A DNA stretch of 64,000 nucleotides, taken from assembly GCA_965204095.1 (NCBI GenBank), contig OZ241991.1, positions 703,495 to 767,494 on the forward strand. The letters are read 5' to 3'. Below the pieces are notes generated by a model. It was given only the letters and a program-made list of their open reading frames with translations. It searched no databases and was not told where the DNA came from. The stretch is from Bryobacterales bacterium. GTDB taxonomy: Bacteria > Acidobacteriota > Terriglobia > Bryobacterales > UBA6623. The position numbers and the translations under genes were made by a program. Positions 12,744 through 23,078 of the stretch are shown one piece after another. How positions within the stretch are numbered: position 1 is the first letter of the stretch; each line of letters starts with the position of its first letter.

Positions 12744-13340
12744 ATGAAACGGACCGGTGTCATCGGGGAGAGCGCCCGGGCTGCGGTCCCGCTGCCGCCG
12801 GCAACGGCCCACCGGGGCAACCTGAGGCTGCTCGAAGAGCCGCTGACCGCGCTCTTCTGCTCTGTCCGCTGCCCCGGCGGCCTGATCCTCAAGACCTACG
12901 ATCTGGCCAGGGCCTTGCGGGACGCCGGCACGCCCGTCATAGGCGGATTCCAGACGCCGATGGAGAAGGAGTGCCTGCGGCTGCTGCTCCGTGGAACTCA
13001 GCCTGTGGTCGTCTGCCCCGCCCGAGGCATCGGCAACATGCGCATCCCCCGCGACTTGCGGGCGCCCCTGAAGGAAGGCCGCTTTCTGGTCCTCTCTCCC
13101 TTCCCTTCCACCCAACGCCGGCCAACGGCGCAACTCGCCGCCCGGCGGAACGATCTCGTCGCCGATCTTGCCCGCCGGGTCATCATCGTCCACGCCGCCA
13201 CCGGCGGCAAGACCGAAGCCTTCGCCCGCAAGCTGGCGGAGTCCGGCAAGCCTCTACTGACCCTCGACAGCCCCGCCAACGCGAACTTGATGCAGATGGG
13301 GGCACGGGCGCTAAGCCAAGTCGCCGATTATATGGTTTGA
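12744..13340 (+). CDS. DprA/Smf-like (SLOG fold) protein
   Basis: GNL.LL...TALFCS..CPG, VIGGFQTPMEKECL, RNDLVADLA..VIIVHA..GGKT. Confidence 0.7.
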   Translation: MKRTGVIGESARAAVPLPPATAHRGNLRLLEEPLTALFCSVRCPGGLILKTYDLARALRDAGTPVIGGFQTPMEKECLRLLLRGTQPVVVCPARGIGNMRIPRDLRAPLKEGRFLVLSPFPSTQRRPTAQLAARRNDLVADLARRVIIVHAATGGKTEAFARKLAESGKPLLTLDSPANANLMQMGARALSQVADYMV

Positions 13341-14944
13341 TGGAGTCCATTACCGTTATGACCCATGACCACGACCTTGACACCTCGAACAACGCATCGG
13401 GCCGTCCGATGATCCTGGCCAATGGCACGGTAGTCGACGGAACCGGCTGTGCCGCCAGGAAGGCGAATGTCCTCGTCAAGGGCGAAACCATCGAGGAAGT
13501 GGGCGCGATCGAGCCTTCGGCCGATTGGGAGACGATCGACTGCTCGGGGCTGCATATCGCTCCCGGGTTCATCGACGTGCACAGTCACGGGGACCGGGAA
13601 GCGCTCGATCACCTCCCCAACAAGGTTCTTCAGGGCGTGACGACGGAAATCGTCGGCAACTGTGGTTTTTCTCTCTTTCCGACGCACCCCAACCCTGGCG
13701 GCGAACGGCTGACAGGGGAACTCTTTGACGGTGAGCCTGCCGAGGGCATGGCCGATACCGATGCCTATCTTTCCGAATTGGCGCGGAAAGGCAGCCGCGT
13801 GAACGTTGCCGCGTTGACGGGCCATAGCACCCTCCGGGTGTTCGTCATGAGAGCCCGCCGCGAAGCGCGGGAAGCCGAGCTGACGCAACTGGAACGGGCT
13901 CTTGATGATTGCCTGGCTTCCGGCTCCATAGGTTTGTCCACCGGTTTGAACTGCATCCCCGGAGCCTTCGCCGAGTTTCAGGAACTGGCGCGGCTCTGCC
14001 GTGTTGTCAAGAAGCGCGGAGCCTTCTATACGAGCCACTTGAGGGACTACAAGTTCAAGGTTGTCGAAGCGGTCGACGAAGCCATTGCGCTGGGGCGGAC
14101 CACCGGGGCGCCCGTGCAGCTCTCGCATCTTCAGGTGGTCGGCAAGAAGAACTGGCGCAAGCTGGAGTCGGTTCTCGAGCACGTCGATCGCGCCCATCGG
14201 GACGGCCTCGATGTCGCCATGGACGCCTATCCCTACCTGGCCGGTTCCTGCTCGCTGACTCAGCTTCTGCCGTCGTGGTCGATGGAGGGCGGGGTCCCGG
14301 GCCTGCTGCGGCGGCTGGCGGCGTCCGGGGATTACGAGCGCATCGCCGCTGAGACGGATGATGGGATGTCGAATACCTGGGACGACATCATGATTTGCCA
14401 GGTCGGACCGGGCCGCGCCGAAGGGATCGTGGGGCGGTCGGTGGCTCGTATCGCCGCCGAACGTGGCCGCCGGGCGGCATGCGTTGCACTCGATCTGCTA
14501 CGGGAGTATTCCGGTGACGTGCAAATCATTTCGATCAACAATAACGAGGACAATCTCAAAAGTGTACTGACGCACGCCCTGACCATGATCATCACCGACG
14601 GGCTGGTGATGGAAGGCATCTCCCACCCGCGGACCTTCGGGACCTATCCGAAGTTTCTGGGAGAGTACGTCCGGGAAAAGAAATGGATGCCGCTGGAACA
14701 AGCCGTCGTCAAGACCAGCGCTTTGGCCGCGAAACGCTTTCGGCTGCAAAGCCGAGGTACGGTCGAGGCCCGTAATTTTGCGGATCTCGTGGTCTTCGAT
14801 GCCGGAAGAATCGGCTCGGCCTCCGGCTACGACCAGTGTCCGCGCGATCCGGAAGGCGTTTGCCATGTCCTGGTCAACGGCCGTTTTGTCGTTCGAGATG
14901 GAAAGCTGACCGCTGAACTTCCGGGAAGGGGCATTCGGCATTGA
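13340..14944 (+). CDS. N-acyl-D-amino-acid deacylase (amidohydrolase superfamily)
   Basis: NGTVVDGTG, APGFIDVHSH, QGVTTEIVGNCG, DAYPY.AGS, HPRTFGTYPK, ADLVVFD; exact start uncertain. Confidence 0.88.
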   Translation: MESITVMTHDHDLDTSNNASGRPMILANGTVVDGTGCAARKANVLVKGETIEEVGAIEPSADWETIDCSGLHIAPGFIDVHSHGDREALDHLPNKVLQGVTTEIVGNCGFSLFPTHPNPGGERLTGELFDGEPAEGMADTDAYLSELARKGSRVNVAALTGHSTLRVFVMRARREAREAELTQLERALDDCLASGSIGLSTGLNCIPGAFAEFQELARLCRVVKKRGAFYTSHLRDYKFKVVEAVDEAIALGRTTGAPVQLSHLQVVGKKNWRKLESVLEHVDRAHRDGLDVAMDAYPYLAGSCSLTQLLPSWSMEGGVPGLLRRLAASGDYERIAAETDDGMSNTWDDIMICQVGPGRAEGIVGRSVARIAAERGRRAACVALDLLREYSGDVQIISINNNEDNLKSVLTHALTMIITDGLVMEGISHPRTFGTYPKFLGEYVREKKWMPLEQAVVKTSALAAKRFRLQSRGTVEARNFADLVVFDAGRIGSASGYDQCPRDPEGVCHVLVNGRFVVRDGKLTAELPGRGIRH

Positions 14945-15034
14945 GCATCCGCTTTGAGACTCTCGAACTGCTTGCCGCGCACACACCTTGGGCGCGATTC
15001 CCGATCAACAAGGAAACAAAGCGAGGAAAATGGG

Positions 15035-17959
15035 ATGTCCCCGAAAAACCTGTTGACACGTAGCAGATTGCTTCTCGTTTTGATCGTCGTGGGCGTCTGT
15101 GTGCCGGCTTTCACACCGGCGCGCCTTTATGCGGAATCGGAAACCCTTGTCTCGCATAGCCGCTTCGAGGACTTTGCTCAGGGAACACCGGGCAATTCCG
15201 GGGCCAACCTCTATGTGTCGAAGAACGGACGCGTCCAAGTCGTGAATCAGTGGGACCTGAATCGCGATGGCCACGTGGACATCTTGATCAGCAACGACCA
15301 TGACGTCTTCGAAACCGCTGACGCCTTCATCTATTGGGGGGACAAGCAAGGCGGCTACCGGTCGCTCCTTCCGGATCTTTGGCGCAGCCGGCCGCTGGCT
15401 CAGGTCGTGTTCCAGCTTATGGACGAGCAGAATCACCTCACTCGTCTTCCCACCTCTGGAGGCGGGCGGTCCATTGTCGTTGACTTGAACCGTGATGGGT
15501 ACCCGGAGATTGTTTTCTGCAACTTCATTCACAACTATCCGGGCCTGCGGAACGCCTTTGTGTACTGGGGGTCGTCCAGCGGCTATGACCCCTTGAAACG
15601 AACCGAACTTCCTACGAACTGGGCCAGCGGAGTCGTCTCGTCCGATCTGAACGGCGACGGTTATCCGGAGTTGGTTTTCGCCAATCGCGGGGTCGAGCCC
15701 GGTTCCGAGAGGTTCACCCCTCTGGTCAAACCCGTGTCGTACATCTATTGGAACAGCGCCACCGGTTTCCGGTTCGAGAACCGCACGGATGTTCGAACTC
15801 CTGTCGCGCGTGATGTCACTGTCGGCCGTCTCAACCACGACAATTTCCCGGATCTCGCTTTCATCAGCGATGGCCCGGAAGGCGGCAAGATCAAGATCTT
15901 CTTCGGAAATGGTGACGCGGCATACACCGATCGACAGAGCCTCTCCATCCCGGTGCCCGAGCCTACCAGTATCGGCGCCTTCGATGTCAACCGGGACGGC
16001 TACGATGACCTGCTCGTTCCGGGAGGGTCAGGCGACCAGACCATCGCGATTGGAGAAACCGGAGACGCGCCTGAAGATACAAGCTCGGCAGTCTGGCTGT
16101 ATCCCGGATCGAAGTCCGGTCCCTCTCAAGCGAGCGCTGTGCGGTTGCCTTCTTACAAGGCCGCTGACGCCATTTCTGTCGATCTCGATGCCGACGGCCA
16201 TCAAGACATCGTGATCGCGAACGACTCTCGCGGCAAGAAGGCGGCGGTTGACTCCTTTATCTATTGGGGGTCGGAGCAAGGGTTCTCTTCCGGCCGGCGC
16301 AGCGGGTTGCCCACGCTTGGCGCCAAAGCGGTTGCGGCCGCGGACCTCAATGACGATTCATTCCCGGACCTTGTATTCGCCAACTCCAATGACGGCAAGA
16401 CCTACGACGTTCCGTCGTATGTCTACTGGGGAAGCGCAACCGGATATGCCGGCTACCTGAGATCTGAACTGCAGAGCTTCGGAGCCGTCAGTGTGAACCT
16501 CGCCGATCTGAATCAGGACGGTGTCACCGAGATCCTGTTTGTCAATCAGTACAGCGGCAAAGTGAGCGGCCAGGTTGGGTCGCACATATTCTGGGGCAAC
16601 CCCCACCATCACTATTCGACAAGTTCAATGACCTCCCTTCCCACGCGGGGAGCCTACGACACCACCGTGGCGGACTTGAATGACGATGGCTTCAACGATG
16701 TCGTGTTCTCCAACTCCTACATCCCGCAGTCGTACATCTACTGGGGCAGTAAGCAGGGGTTTTCCAAGGAACGCCGCCAGGAAATCGATCTGGAAGGCGG
16801 GGTCTACACGAGCAACGCGGCAGATCTGAATCAGGACGGATATCTCGATCTGGTTTTTATCGGCAGGGCGGGAAATCGTTCGCGGGCCACCCTCTTGTGG
16901 GGGTCCTCCAAGGGGTTCGCACGAGACAACTACACGCGCCTTTCGATTGAAGAGGAACGCAGTCTCGGCAACGTTGTGGCGGACCTGAATCGCGATGGCT
17001 ACCTCGATCTGGTCTTCTCCGGCGACTACTTCGGGACGATCACGATCTTCTGGGGAAGTTCGAGCGGTTATTCGGAGCAGAAGCGCTGGTCCCGCTTCGT
17101 TTCCGCCGGAAGCGTAAAGCTGGCCGACCTCAATCGCGATGGGCTGTTGGACTTCGTCATCTCCGGTTCATTCGATCCGGGGAGGAAGTCCCGCAACGCG
17201 CAGACGCGCATCTATTGGGGTACGGCGGACGGCGTCCCCTCCGGGCAGCCTGCGTTCGAGCTGGAAGCATATCAGTCGCTCGAATGCGGAATCGCAGATC
17301 TGAACCGCGATGGAAATCTTGATTTGGCGCTTTCCAACTACATGTCCGAGACCACTCGCGCTCTGCCCCTTTTCATCTACTGGGGTGACGACATCGCTTC
17401 GTTCAGCAACCGGCGTCGCACTGAACTGCCTGCTGACTCGTCCGCAGGCATTCAGACCATCGATTTGAACCGCGACGGCTACCGTGAGATCGTCATTCAC
17501 AATCACCTGAGGGATGCGAATCACTCCATCAATAGCGCCATTTACTGGAATGGTCCGGACGGGTTCAGCAGGCGGCGCCGAACCATGCTGCCGACCTTCG
17601 GCCCCCACTTTTCGCAGGCCGTGGACCCCGGAAACCTGTATACGCGAGAGCTCGAGGAAGAGTATGTCTCTCCCTCCGTCGAGATTCCGGCCGGGAAAAC
17701 GCCGGCCGAACTGCGTTGGCGTTCCGATGAACCGCATGGGGCTAAACTGCGCTTCCAGGTTCGAATGGCTGCATCACGGGAGGCTCTCCAAGACTCATCC
17801 TGGAGCGGTCCCCAGGGAAGCGATACGTACTTCGAAGCCTCGGGTGCTGATCTGCCCTCGCAGCAGACCGCGCGCTGGCTGCAATATCGCGCCGTCTTTC
17901 AGTCTCCGGACGGGGGCTCGTGGCCGATCCTTGACGAAGTCAGCATCGTATTCAGGTAG
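15035..17959 (+). CDS. Secreted FG-GAP/VCBS repeat protein
   Basis: Signal-peptide-like N-terminus; many DLNxDGYxDLVF and IYWG repeats. Confidence 0.85.
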   Translation: MSPKNLLTRSRLLLVLIVVGVCVPAFTPARLYAESETLVSHSRFEDFAQGTPGNSGANLYVSKNGRVQVVNQWDLNRDGHVDILISNDHDVFETADAFIYWGDKQGGYRSLLPDLWRSRPLAQVVFQLMDEQNHLTRLPTSGGGRSIVVDLNRDGYPEIVFCNFIHNYPGLRNAFVYWGSSSGYDPLKRTELPTNWASGVVSSDLNGDGYPELVFANRGVEPGSERFTPLVKPVSYIYWNSATGFRFENRTDVRTPVARDVTVGRLNHDNFPDLAFISDGPEGGKIKIFFGNGDAAYTDRQSLSIPVPEPTSIGAFDVNRDGYDDLLVPGGSGDQTIAIGETGDAPEDTSSAVWLYPGSKSGPSQASAVRLPSYKAADAISVDLDADGHQDIVIANDSRGKKAAVDSFIYWGSEQGFSSGRRSGLPTLGAKAVAAADLNDDSFPDLVFANSNDGKTYDVPSYVYWGSATGYAGYLRSELQSFGAVSVNLADLNQDGVTEILFVNQYSGKVSGQVGSHIFWGNPHHHYSTSSMTSLPTRGAYDTTVADLNDDGFNDVVFSNSYIPQSYIYWGSKQGFSKERRQEIDLEGGVYTSNAADLNQDGYLDLVFIGRAGNRSRATLLWGSSKGFARDNYTRLSIEEERSLGNVVADLNRDGYLDLVFSGDYFGTITIFWGSSSGYSEQKRWSRFVSAGSVKLADLNRDGLLDFVISGSFDPGRKSRNAQTRIYWGTADGVPSGQPAFELEAYQSLECGIADLNRDGNLDLALSNYMSETTRALPLFIYWGDDIASFSNRRRTELPADSSAGIQTIDLNRDGYREIVIHNHLRDANHSINSAIYWNGPDGFSRRRRTMLPTFGPHFSQAVDPGNLYTRELEEEYVSPSVEIPAGKTPAELRWRSDEPHGAKLRFQVRMAASREALQDSSWSGPQGSDTYFEASGADLPSQQTARWLQYRAVFQSPDGGSWPILDEVSIVFR

Positions 17960-17990
17960 CATCGACACAGCCGATTGCTGGCCGGGTTTC

Positions 17991-18173
17991 TAACCTGCAT
18001 TTCTCACCACGTGGCGAGGTGAAGTGCGTGAGAGGGCCGTCAGGACGAGGCGCGAGCCGCTTGGCGCGCGCAGGCGTACTTGAACAGCACGTTGAGCACG
18101 GCAAGCAAGCGCAACGAAGTCATGGCGGTCGTATTGCGTGCTTCGACCGTCGGGTGGTGAGAAATGCAGGCTA
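17991..18173. mobile_element. MITE-like repeat, family 1
   Basis: Near-identical to 2016-2197, with TA at both ends. Confidence 0.75.
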
Positions 18174-18293
18174 ACTGTCGCATCCGTACGTATGCTCCGG
18201 CGGTTTGATGTGGTTTGCCTGACCGGTGTTCGGAGCACTTTCATTGACACCATTTGGACCGGCTGAAATGATGAGACTGCATGGAGTCCCCCC

Positions 18294-19205
18294 TTGAGTA
18301 AAGTATCCGTCGGGCTGGTACAGCAGTCGTGTTCCCTGGATAGGGATGCCAACCTGACTCGGGCTCTCGACGGCATTCGCGAAGCGGCGGATCGTGGAGC
18401 ACGGATTGTCTGTCTCCAGGAACTCTTTCGCTCGCTGTACTTCTGCCAGGAAGAGAATGCCGACTGGTTCGATCTGGCGGAACCGATTCCCGGTCCAACC
18501 ACGGATCGGTTGTCGGAAACGGCACGTGAGCACGAAGTCGTCGTGATCGGGCCTGTGTTCGAAAGGCGAGCCGCGGGCCTCTATCACAACTCGGCGGTGG
18601 TGATCGACGCGGACGGTTCGCTGTCGGGCACGTACCGCAAGATGCACATCCCCGACGATCCGCTTTACCACGAGAAGTTCTATTTCACCCCCGGGGACCT
18701 CGGCTTCCGAACGTTCCCAACCCGCTACGCGAACGTCGGCGTACTGATCTGCTGGGACCAGTGGTATCCGGAGGCGGCCCGTCTGACGGCGCTCAAGGGA
18801 GCGGAAGTTCTCTTCTTCCCGACGGCCATCGGATGGCATCCAGCGGAGAAAGCGGAAGCAGCCGAACAACAGCTCGATGCCTGGCGCACCATCCAGAGAA
18901 GCCATGCCATTGCCAACGGCGTCTTCGTGGCGGCGCCGAACCGCGTCGGACATGAAACGCCGCTGGCAAGTTCGCCGCGCTGCCCGGCCGACTATCAAGG
19001 CATCGAGTTCTGGGGAGGGTCGTTCGTCTGCGACCCTTCCGGGGTCGTCCTGGCCGAAGCTCCTCACGATCGGGACGCCGTTCTGGTTGCCGAGATTGAT
19101 CTCGACCGCGTCGATGACATGCGCCGAAACTGGCCCTTCCTGCGGGACCGGCGCGTCGATGCCTACGAAGGCCTTCAGTCCCGCTATCTGGGCTGCGGGC
19201 AGTAA
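18294..19205 (+). CDS. aguB: N-carbamoylputrescine amidase (carbon-nitrogen hydrolase)
   Basis: CLQELF, YRKMHIPDDP, EKFYFTPGD, ICWDQWYPE, FPTAIGW; adjacent to agmatine deiminase. Confidence 0.88.
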   Translation: MSKVSVGLVQQSCSLDRDANLTRALDGIREAADRGARIVCLQELFRSLYFCQEENADWFDLAEPIPGPTTDRLSETAREHEVVVIGPVFERRAAGLYHNSAVVIDADGSLSGTYRKMHIPDDPLYHEKFYFTPGDLGFRTFPTRYANVGVLICWDQWYPEAARLTALKGAEVLFFPTAIGWHPAEKAEAAEQQLDAWRTIQRSHAIANGVFVAAPNRVGHETPLASSPRCPADYQGIEFWGGSFVCDPSGVVLAEAPHDRDAVLVAEIDLDRVDDMRRNWPFLRDRRVDAYEGLQSRYLGCGQ

Positions 19206-19209
19206 GGGC

Positions 19210-20298
19210 ATGGGAGGCGGCCCGGTGTCCCATGCACAAGGGTTTCGCATGCCCGCCGAGTGGGAGCCTCACGAGGCGACTTGGCTTGCTTGGCCTCACA
19301 ACCGCGACGACTGGCCGGGCAAGGTTGCGGCGGTCTACTGGGTCTACGCCGAGATCATCCGCCATCTTCACCAATATGAGGTGATCCGGGTGATCGTCCC
19401 GGACAGCTCCCGGGAAAAACAAGCGCGCCGTGTCTTGCAGCGAGCGGGCATCGAGAACTTTTCACGGATCGAGTTCCACCGGCTCCCGACCGATCGCTCC
19501 TGGGTGCGTGACAGCGGCCCGCTGTTTGTCGTGAACAAGCAGGAAGTCGCTGCCACATGCTGGCGTTTCTCGGCATGGGCCCGATATCCGGACTGGAGGA
19601 AAGATGATGCCGTAGCTGAGAAGATCGCTCGTCGATGCGGCGTGAAGGTCTGGCGGCCAAAGTACGGCGCCCGCCGGATCGTTCTCGAAGGAGGAGCGGT
19701 TGACGTCAACGGCTACGGCACAGCGCTCACGACGGAGGAGTGTCTGTTGGGCAAGCAACAGCAACGCAATCCGGGCATGACACGCAAAGACTACGAACAG
19801 GCCTTCCGCGATTTCCTCGGAATCCGCCAGGTTCTGTGGCTGGGACGGGGCATCGCGGGGGATGACACGGGCGGTCACATCGACGATCTCGCGCGGTTCG
19901 TGGCGCCGGGAACCGTCATCACCGTCGTGGAAACCGATTCACGGGACGCCAACTACAAGCCGCTCCGTGACAACTTGAAGCGCCTCAAAACGATGCGCGA
20001 CCAGGATGGCCATCCGTTGGAGGTTGTCGAGTTGCCGATGCCCAGGCCGCTGACGTTCGACGGCTGCCGCCTGCCGGCTAGCTATGCGAATTTCTACATC
20101 GCCAACGGGCTTGTGCTTGTCCCGACTTTCAATGACCCGAATGACCGCATCGCGCTCGATATCCTGGCCCGCCTGTTCCCCCGTCGCGAGGTCATCGGCA
20201 TCCACAGCATCGACTTCGCCTGGGGATTCGGAACACTGCATTGCAGCACTCAGCAGCAGCCCGCCGTCGGAACACGAGAGACCGCGAAGCAAGGCTGA
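19210..20298 (+). CDS. aguA: Agmatine deiminase
   Basis: RMPAEWEPH, WVRDSGP, LEGGAVDVNG, GDDTGGHIDDLARF, ASYANFYI, GFGTLHCSTQQQP. Confidence 0.92.
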   Translation: MGGGPVSHAQGFRMPAEWEPHEATWLAWPHNRDDWPGKVAAVYWVYAEIIRHLHQYEVIRVIVPDSSREKQARRVLQRAGIENFSRIEFHRLPTDRSWVRDSGPLFVVNKQEVAATCWRFSAWARYPDWRKDDAVAEKIARRCGVKVWRPKYGARRIVLEGGAVDVNGYGTALTTEECLLGKQQQRNPGMTRKDYEQAFRDFLGIRQVLWLGRGIAGDDTGGHIDDLARFVAPGTVITVVETDSRDANYKPLRDNLKRLKTMRDQDGHPLEVVELPMPRPLTFDGCRLPASYANFYIANGLVLVPTFNDPNDRIALDILARLFPRREVIGIHSIDFAWGFGTLHCSTQQQPAVGTRETAKQG

Positions 20299-20344
20299 TC
20301 CGCCAAAGAGAAAAGGACTCGATCGGCTATAGTGACCACTTGAA

Positions 20345-20452
20345 TGCTATAATGAATTCGAAAGTTCGAAGCGTCCAGCATTGATCAACAGTGCTCGGTC
20401 AGGCGTCAAGAACATGAGCGGGAGTCGTGCAGAGGCTCCCGCTTAGTTTTTC
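20345..20452 (+). ncRNA. Putative small structured RNA with an extended -10 promoter and a terminator hairpin at the element boundary
   Basis: TGcTATAAT at 20345-20353; bulged hairpin 20364-20413; GAGCGGGAG/CTCCCGCTT hairpin 20416-20444 followed by AGTTTTT. Confidence 0.4.
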
Positions 20453-21333
20453 TGTCTCCTTTCATTGAGTTTCTTCAGTAAGGGATCATTGACGTTCGCT
20501 GTCTTTGTGATTTGAGCGAGACGGTCGCGCCGCGATTTGTTCCAGGGAGCGTAATGACGCTCGGTCGTAGAGATGCTGCTATGGCCTAGCAGCGTGCTGA
20601 CATCTTCAAACAGAACGTTTTTCGAGAGCAGCTCCACGGCGAACGTATCGCGCAAGCGATGCGGGTGGAAGTTGGCGACGCCGGCTTTGCGAGCTAGGGC
20701 GTTGAGTCGCCGTCGCCAAAACTTAGCTGCGGAAATGGGCTTCGATTTACCCGACCAAAAGAAGTAAGGGTTCCCATTGAAGGTGATGGCGCTAAGAGAC
20801 TCGATGACGGGATCGGGCAAGTTAGCGATCACGAGCTCGTCCGTTTTCGCACGTCGGAGCATGAGAGTGTCGCCATTAATGTGATCGCGGCTGCAGGTGA
20901 CGGCATCCTGGATGGAAAGTCCGGCGTAGCGCATGAGAAGGATGAGGGCTTTCTCTTGGATGCGGTCTTCGGCCGCGACAATGAGCGAGATCATTTCATC
21001 CAGGTTGAAGGGAAGGGTGGGTTTGCTGACGACCTTGGGGTTGAGGATGTTGCCCATAGGGAAGTGATCGATCCAGCCTTCCTTGACGGCGAACCGGAAG
21101 AAGGTGCGCAGCAGCGTGAGGCGAAGCTTCGTGGTGCTGGAGCTGGTCGTCCAGCTATCGCGCCAACGGCGAATCTCATCCTGTGTGAAGCTGCTGAGCT
21201 CAGAGAGGCCGTGCTCCTTGGCGTAGCGAGTCCAAACACGGAAGAGGTAGTCATAGCCTCTGTAGGTAGAGTGTGATCGCTTGCGAGCTTGCACTTCGTG
21301 CAAGTAGATGCTGAAGGCTTTGGAGAGCTTCAT
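20443..21333 (-). CDS. Tyrosine recombinase/integrase
   Basis: SAM-like N-terminus, HPHRLRDTFAVELL, LLGHSS, ERHYAPW; box I reads GLS where GLR is usual. Confidence 0.9.
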   Translation of the reverse strand: MKLSKAFSIYLHEVQARKRSHSTYRGYDYLFRVWTRYAKEHGLSELSSFTQDEIRRWRDSWTTSSSTTKLRLTLLRTFFRFAVKEGWIDHFPMGNILNPKVVSKPTLPFNLDEMISLIVAAEDRIQEKALILLMRYAGLSIQDAVTCSRDHINGDTLMLRRAKTDELVIANLPDPVIESLSAITFNGNPYFFWSGKSKPISAAKFWRRRLNALARKAGVANFHPHRLRDTFAVELLSKNVLFEDVSTLLGHSSISTTERHYAPWNKSRRDRLAQITKTANVNDPLLKKLNERRQKN

Positions 21334-21947
21334 TGCTGCGCTCGCTGCTTCTGTCGTCGATGGAAGGTCGGCGTAGGCTGGAAGTTGTCGGCCTCCCCGC
21401 CGGGGAACCAGCGGTAGAGCGTGACGGGATGCACGCCGATGCGCCGCGCGATCTTGGATTTCGAGAGCGTGCCTTCGCGGAGAAGCGAGCGTGCAAGCTC
21501 GACGTTCTCCGGGTTGTGAAACTTCGATGAGGCTCCCCAGCGGTTGCCGTTCTTGCGATGGGAGGCGATGCCGGCGCGGCTGCGCTCGGACATGAGCTGG
21601 CGCTCCATTTGCGAGAAGGCGGCGATGATTGTGAACATGGCTTCGCCGATGGGGGTGTTGGTGTCGATGCCTTCGGTGAGGCTGACGATCTCGACCCGCA
21701 GGGATCTAAGCCGCATGATGAGGTTCACCAAGCTGGACACGCTGCGGCCGAGACGGTCGAAGCGCCAGACGACGAGGGTGTCGCCGGCGCGGAGGGTCTC
21801 GAAGAGGCGATCGAGCTCGGGTCTCTTGCGGGCGTTTCCGCCCACGTGCTCGGTGTAGATGCGCTCGCAGCGGGCGTCCTTGAGGGCGTCGATCTGCAGC
21901 TCGGGATTCTGGTCAACGGTGGAGACGCGGGCGTAGCCGATGCGCAT
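21330..21947 (-). CDS. Serine recombinase (resolvase/invertase family)
   Basis: IGYARVST.DQN..LQ, RPEL, GDTLVVWRFDRLGRS, C-terminal HTH; ATGA overlap with the integrase. Confidence 0.95.
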   Translation of the reverse strand: MRIGYARVSTVDQNPELQIDALKDARCERIYTEHVGGNARKRPELDRLFETLRAGDTLVVWRFDRLGRSVSSLVNLIMRLRSLRVEIVSLTEGIDTNTPIGEAMFTIIAAFSQMERQLMSERSRAGIASHRKNGNRWGASSKFHNPENVELARSLLREGTLSKSKIARRIGVHPVTLYRWFPGGEADNFQPTPTFHRRQKQRAQQ

Positions 21948-22103
21948 GTTGCACAAACCCTCCGAAACATTCGAAACGACGATTGTATCACTGATAAAGT
22001 TAGCGTTCTAGCACGGGATCGCTCAGGGAGCGGATTGGGGGGTGGGGGGTGCAACGTAGCGGAAAGGATCGTTTTCACGAAAGCCGCCGCGCCGGCGCGG
22101 CGG

Positions 22104-23078
22104 TCAGTCACCGAGGGTTCGCTTCAGGGCGAGCTCGGCATGGCGAGGATCGATCTCGATCCCGTACCACCGCCGCCCTAGCCGCCTCGCGGTGCGTGTC
22201 GTCGTGCCAGTTCCGACGAATGGGTCCAAGACCAGTCCGCCTGCAGGTGAGTAGAGGCGAATCACGCGCTCGGCGAGTTCCTCTGGGAACTCCGCCTCAT
22301 GCCGACCGTTTCGGCGTACGGATCGGATTCTCCAAACCCCGCGCGAGCCCCACTTGGCCCACTCCTCCGCGTGCAGGCGGTTCCGGTCGAATTCCGTGAC
22401 TCCCGGCTTCCAGAAGACATAGACGTGCTCGAACTCGTCGACAGCGCGATACGAGCTCGAGTGCCAGCGGCTGTTCGCCCAGCAGGGGTCCTTGTGCCAG
22501 ATCCGCCGGTCATACAGGTAAAGGCCGGATTCCTCCGCCCATCTTTCCAGCAGACATCCCGTCAGCTTGACCTTGGTAGCGGGGTCCCGGCGGCCGCCGC
22601 GCGCGTTGTTTCCCTCAAGCCGGCGATGGACAGTCTGCTCGCTGCAACCCAGCTCGCGAGCCAGCTGCGTTCGGCCGGCTGCTGGGTTCCGCTCGACGGC
22701 CTCGAGGACTCGCTCCCTTGTGACGGGGGAAGTCTTGCGGCGGACGTTGTCGGCCTGGAGCCTCGGCATCGACCCGTCCGGAAAGCAGAGGATGTCGCCG
22801 ATGTTGACGGCGACGAAGCCGCCCGGGCGCACTACGCGGTCATGGCTGACCAGGACGTCGCGCAGCAGCTCCTGCCAGCCGCGGAAGTCCAGCCCTCGCT
22901 CCCAGGACTTACCGACAAAGTATGGAGGGGACCAGAAGCTGAGATCGACGCAGCCAGCCGGAAGGTGCGCCATTGCTCCCCGGGCGTCGCCCGTCACGAT
23001 GCGATCGAGGACCGGCGGGGAGGGGGTCTCCGCCGCGGCCCGGGGTGCCTCCTTCAGAGCGGCCGGCATCAATTCCAT
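22104..23078 (-). CDS. Orphan N4/N6 DNA methyltransferase (beta class) with an internal HTH
   Basis: SPPY motif IV N-terminal, HEAEFPEEL, VLDPFVGTGTT, GIEID; insert RTQLARELGCSEQTVHRRL. Confidence 0.88.
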   Translation of the reverse strand: MELMPAALKEAPRAAAETPSPPVLDRIVTGDARGAMAHLPAGCVDLSFWSPPYFVGKSWERGLDFRGWQELLRDVLVSHDRVVRPGGFVAVNIGDILCFPDGSMPRLQADNVRRKTSPVTRERVLEAVERNPAAGRTQLARELGCSEQTVHRRLEGNNARGGRRDPATKVKLTGCLLERWAEESGLYLYDRRIWHKDPCWANSRWHSSSYRAVDEFEHVYVFWKPGVTEFDRNRLHAEEWAKWGSRGVWRIRSVRRNGRHEAEFPEELAERVIRLYSPAGGLVLDPFVGTGTTTRTARRLGRRWYGIEIDPRHAELALKRTLGD

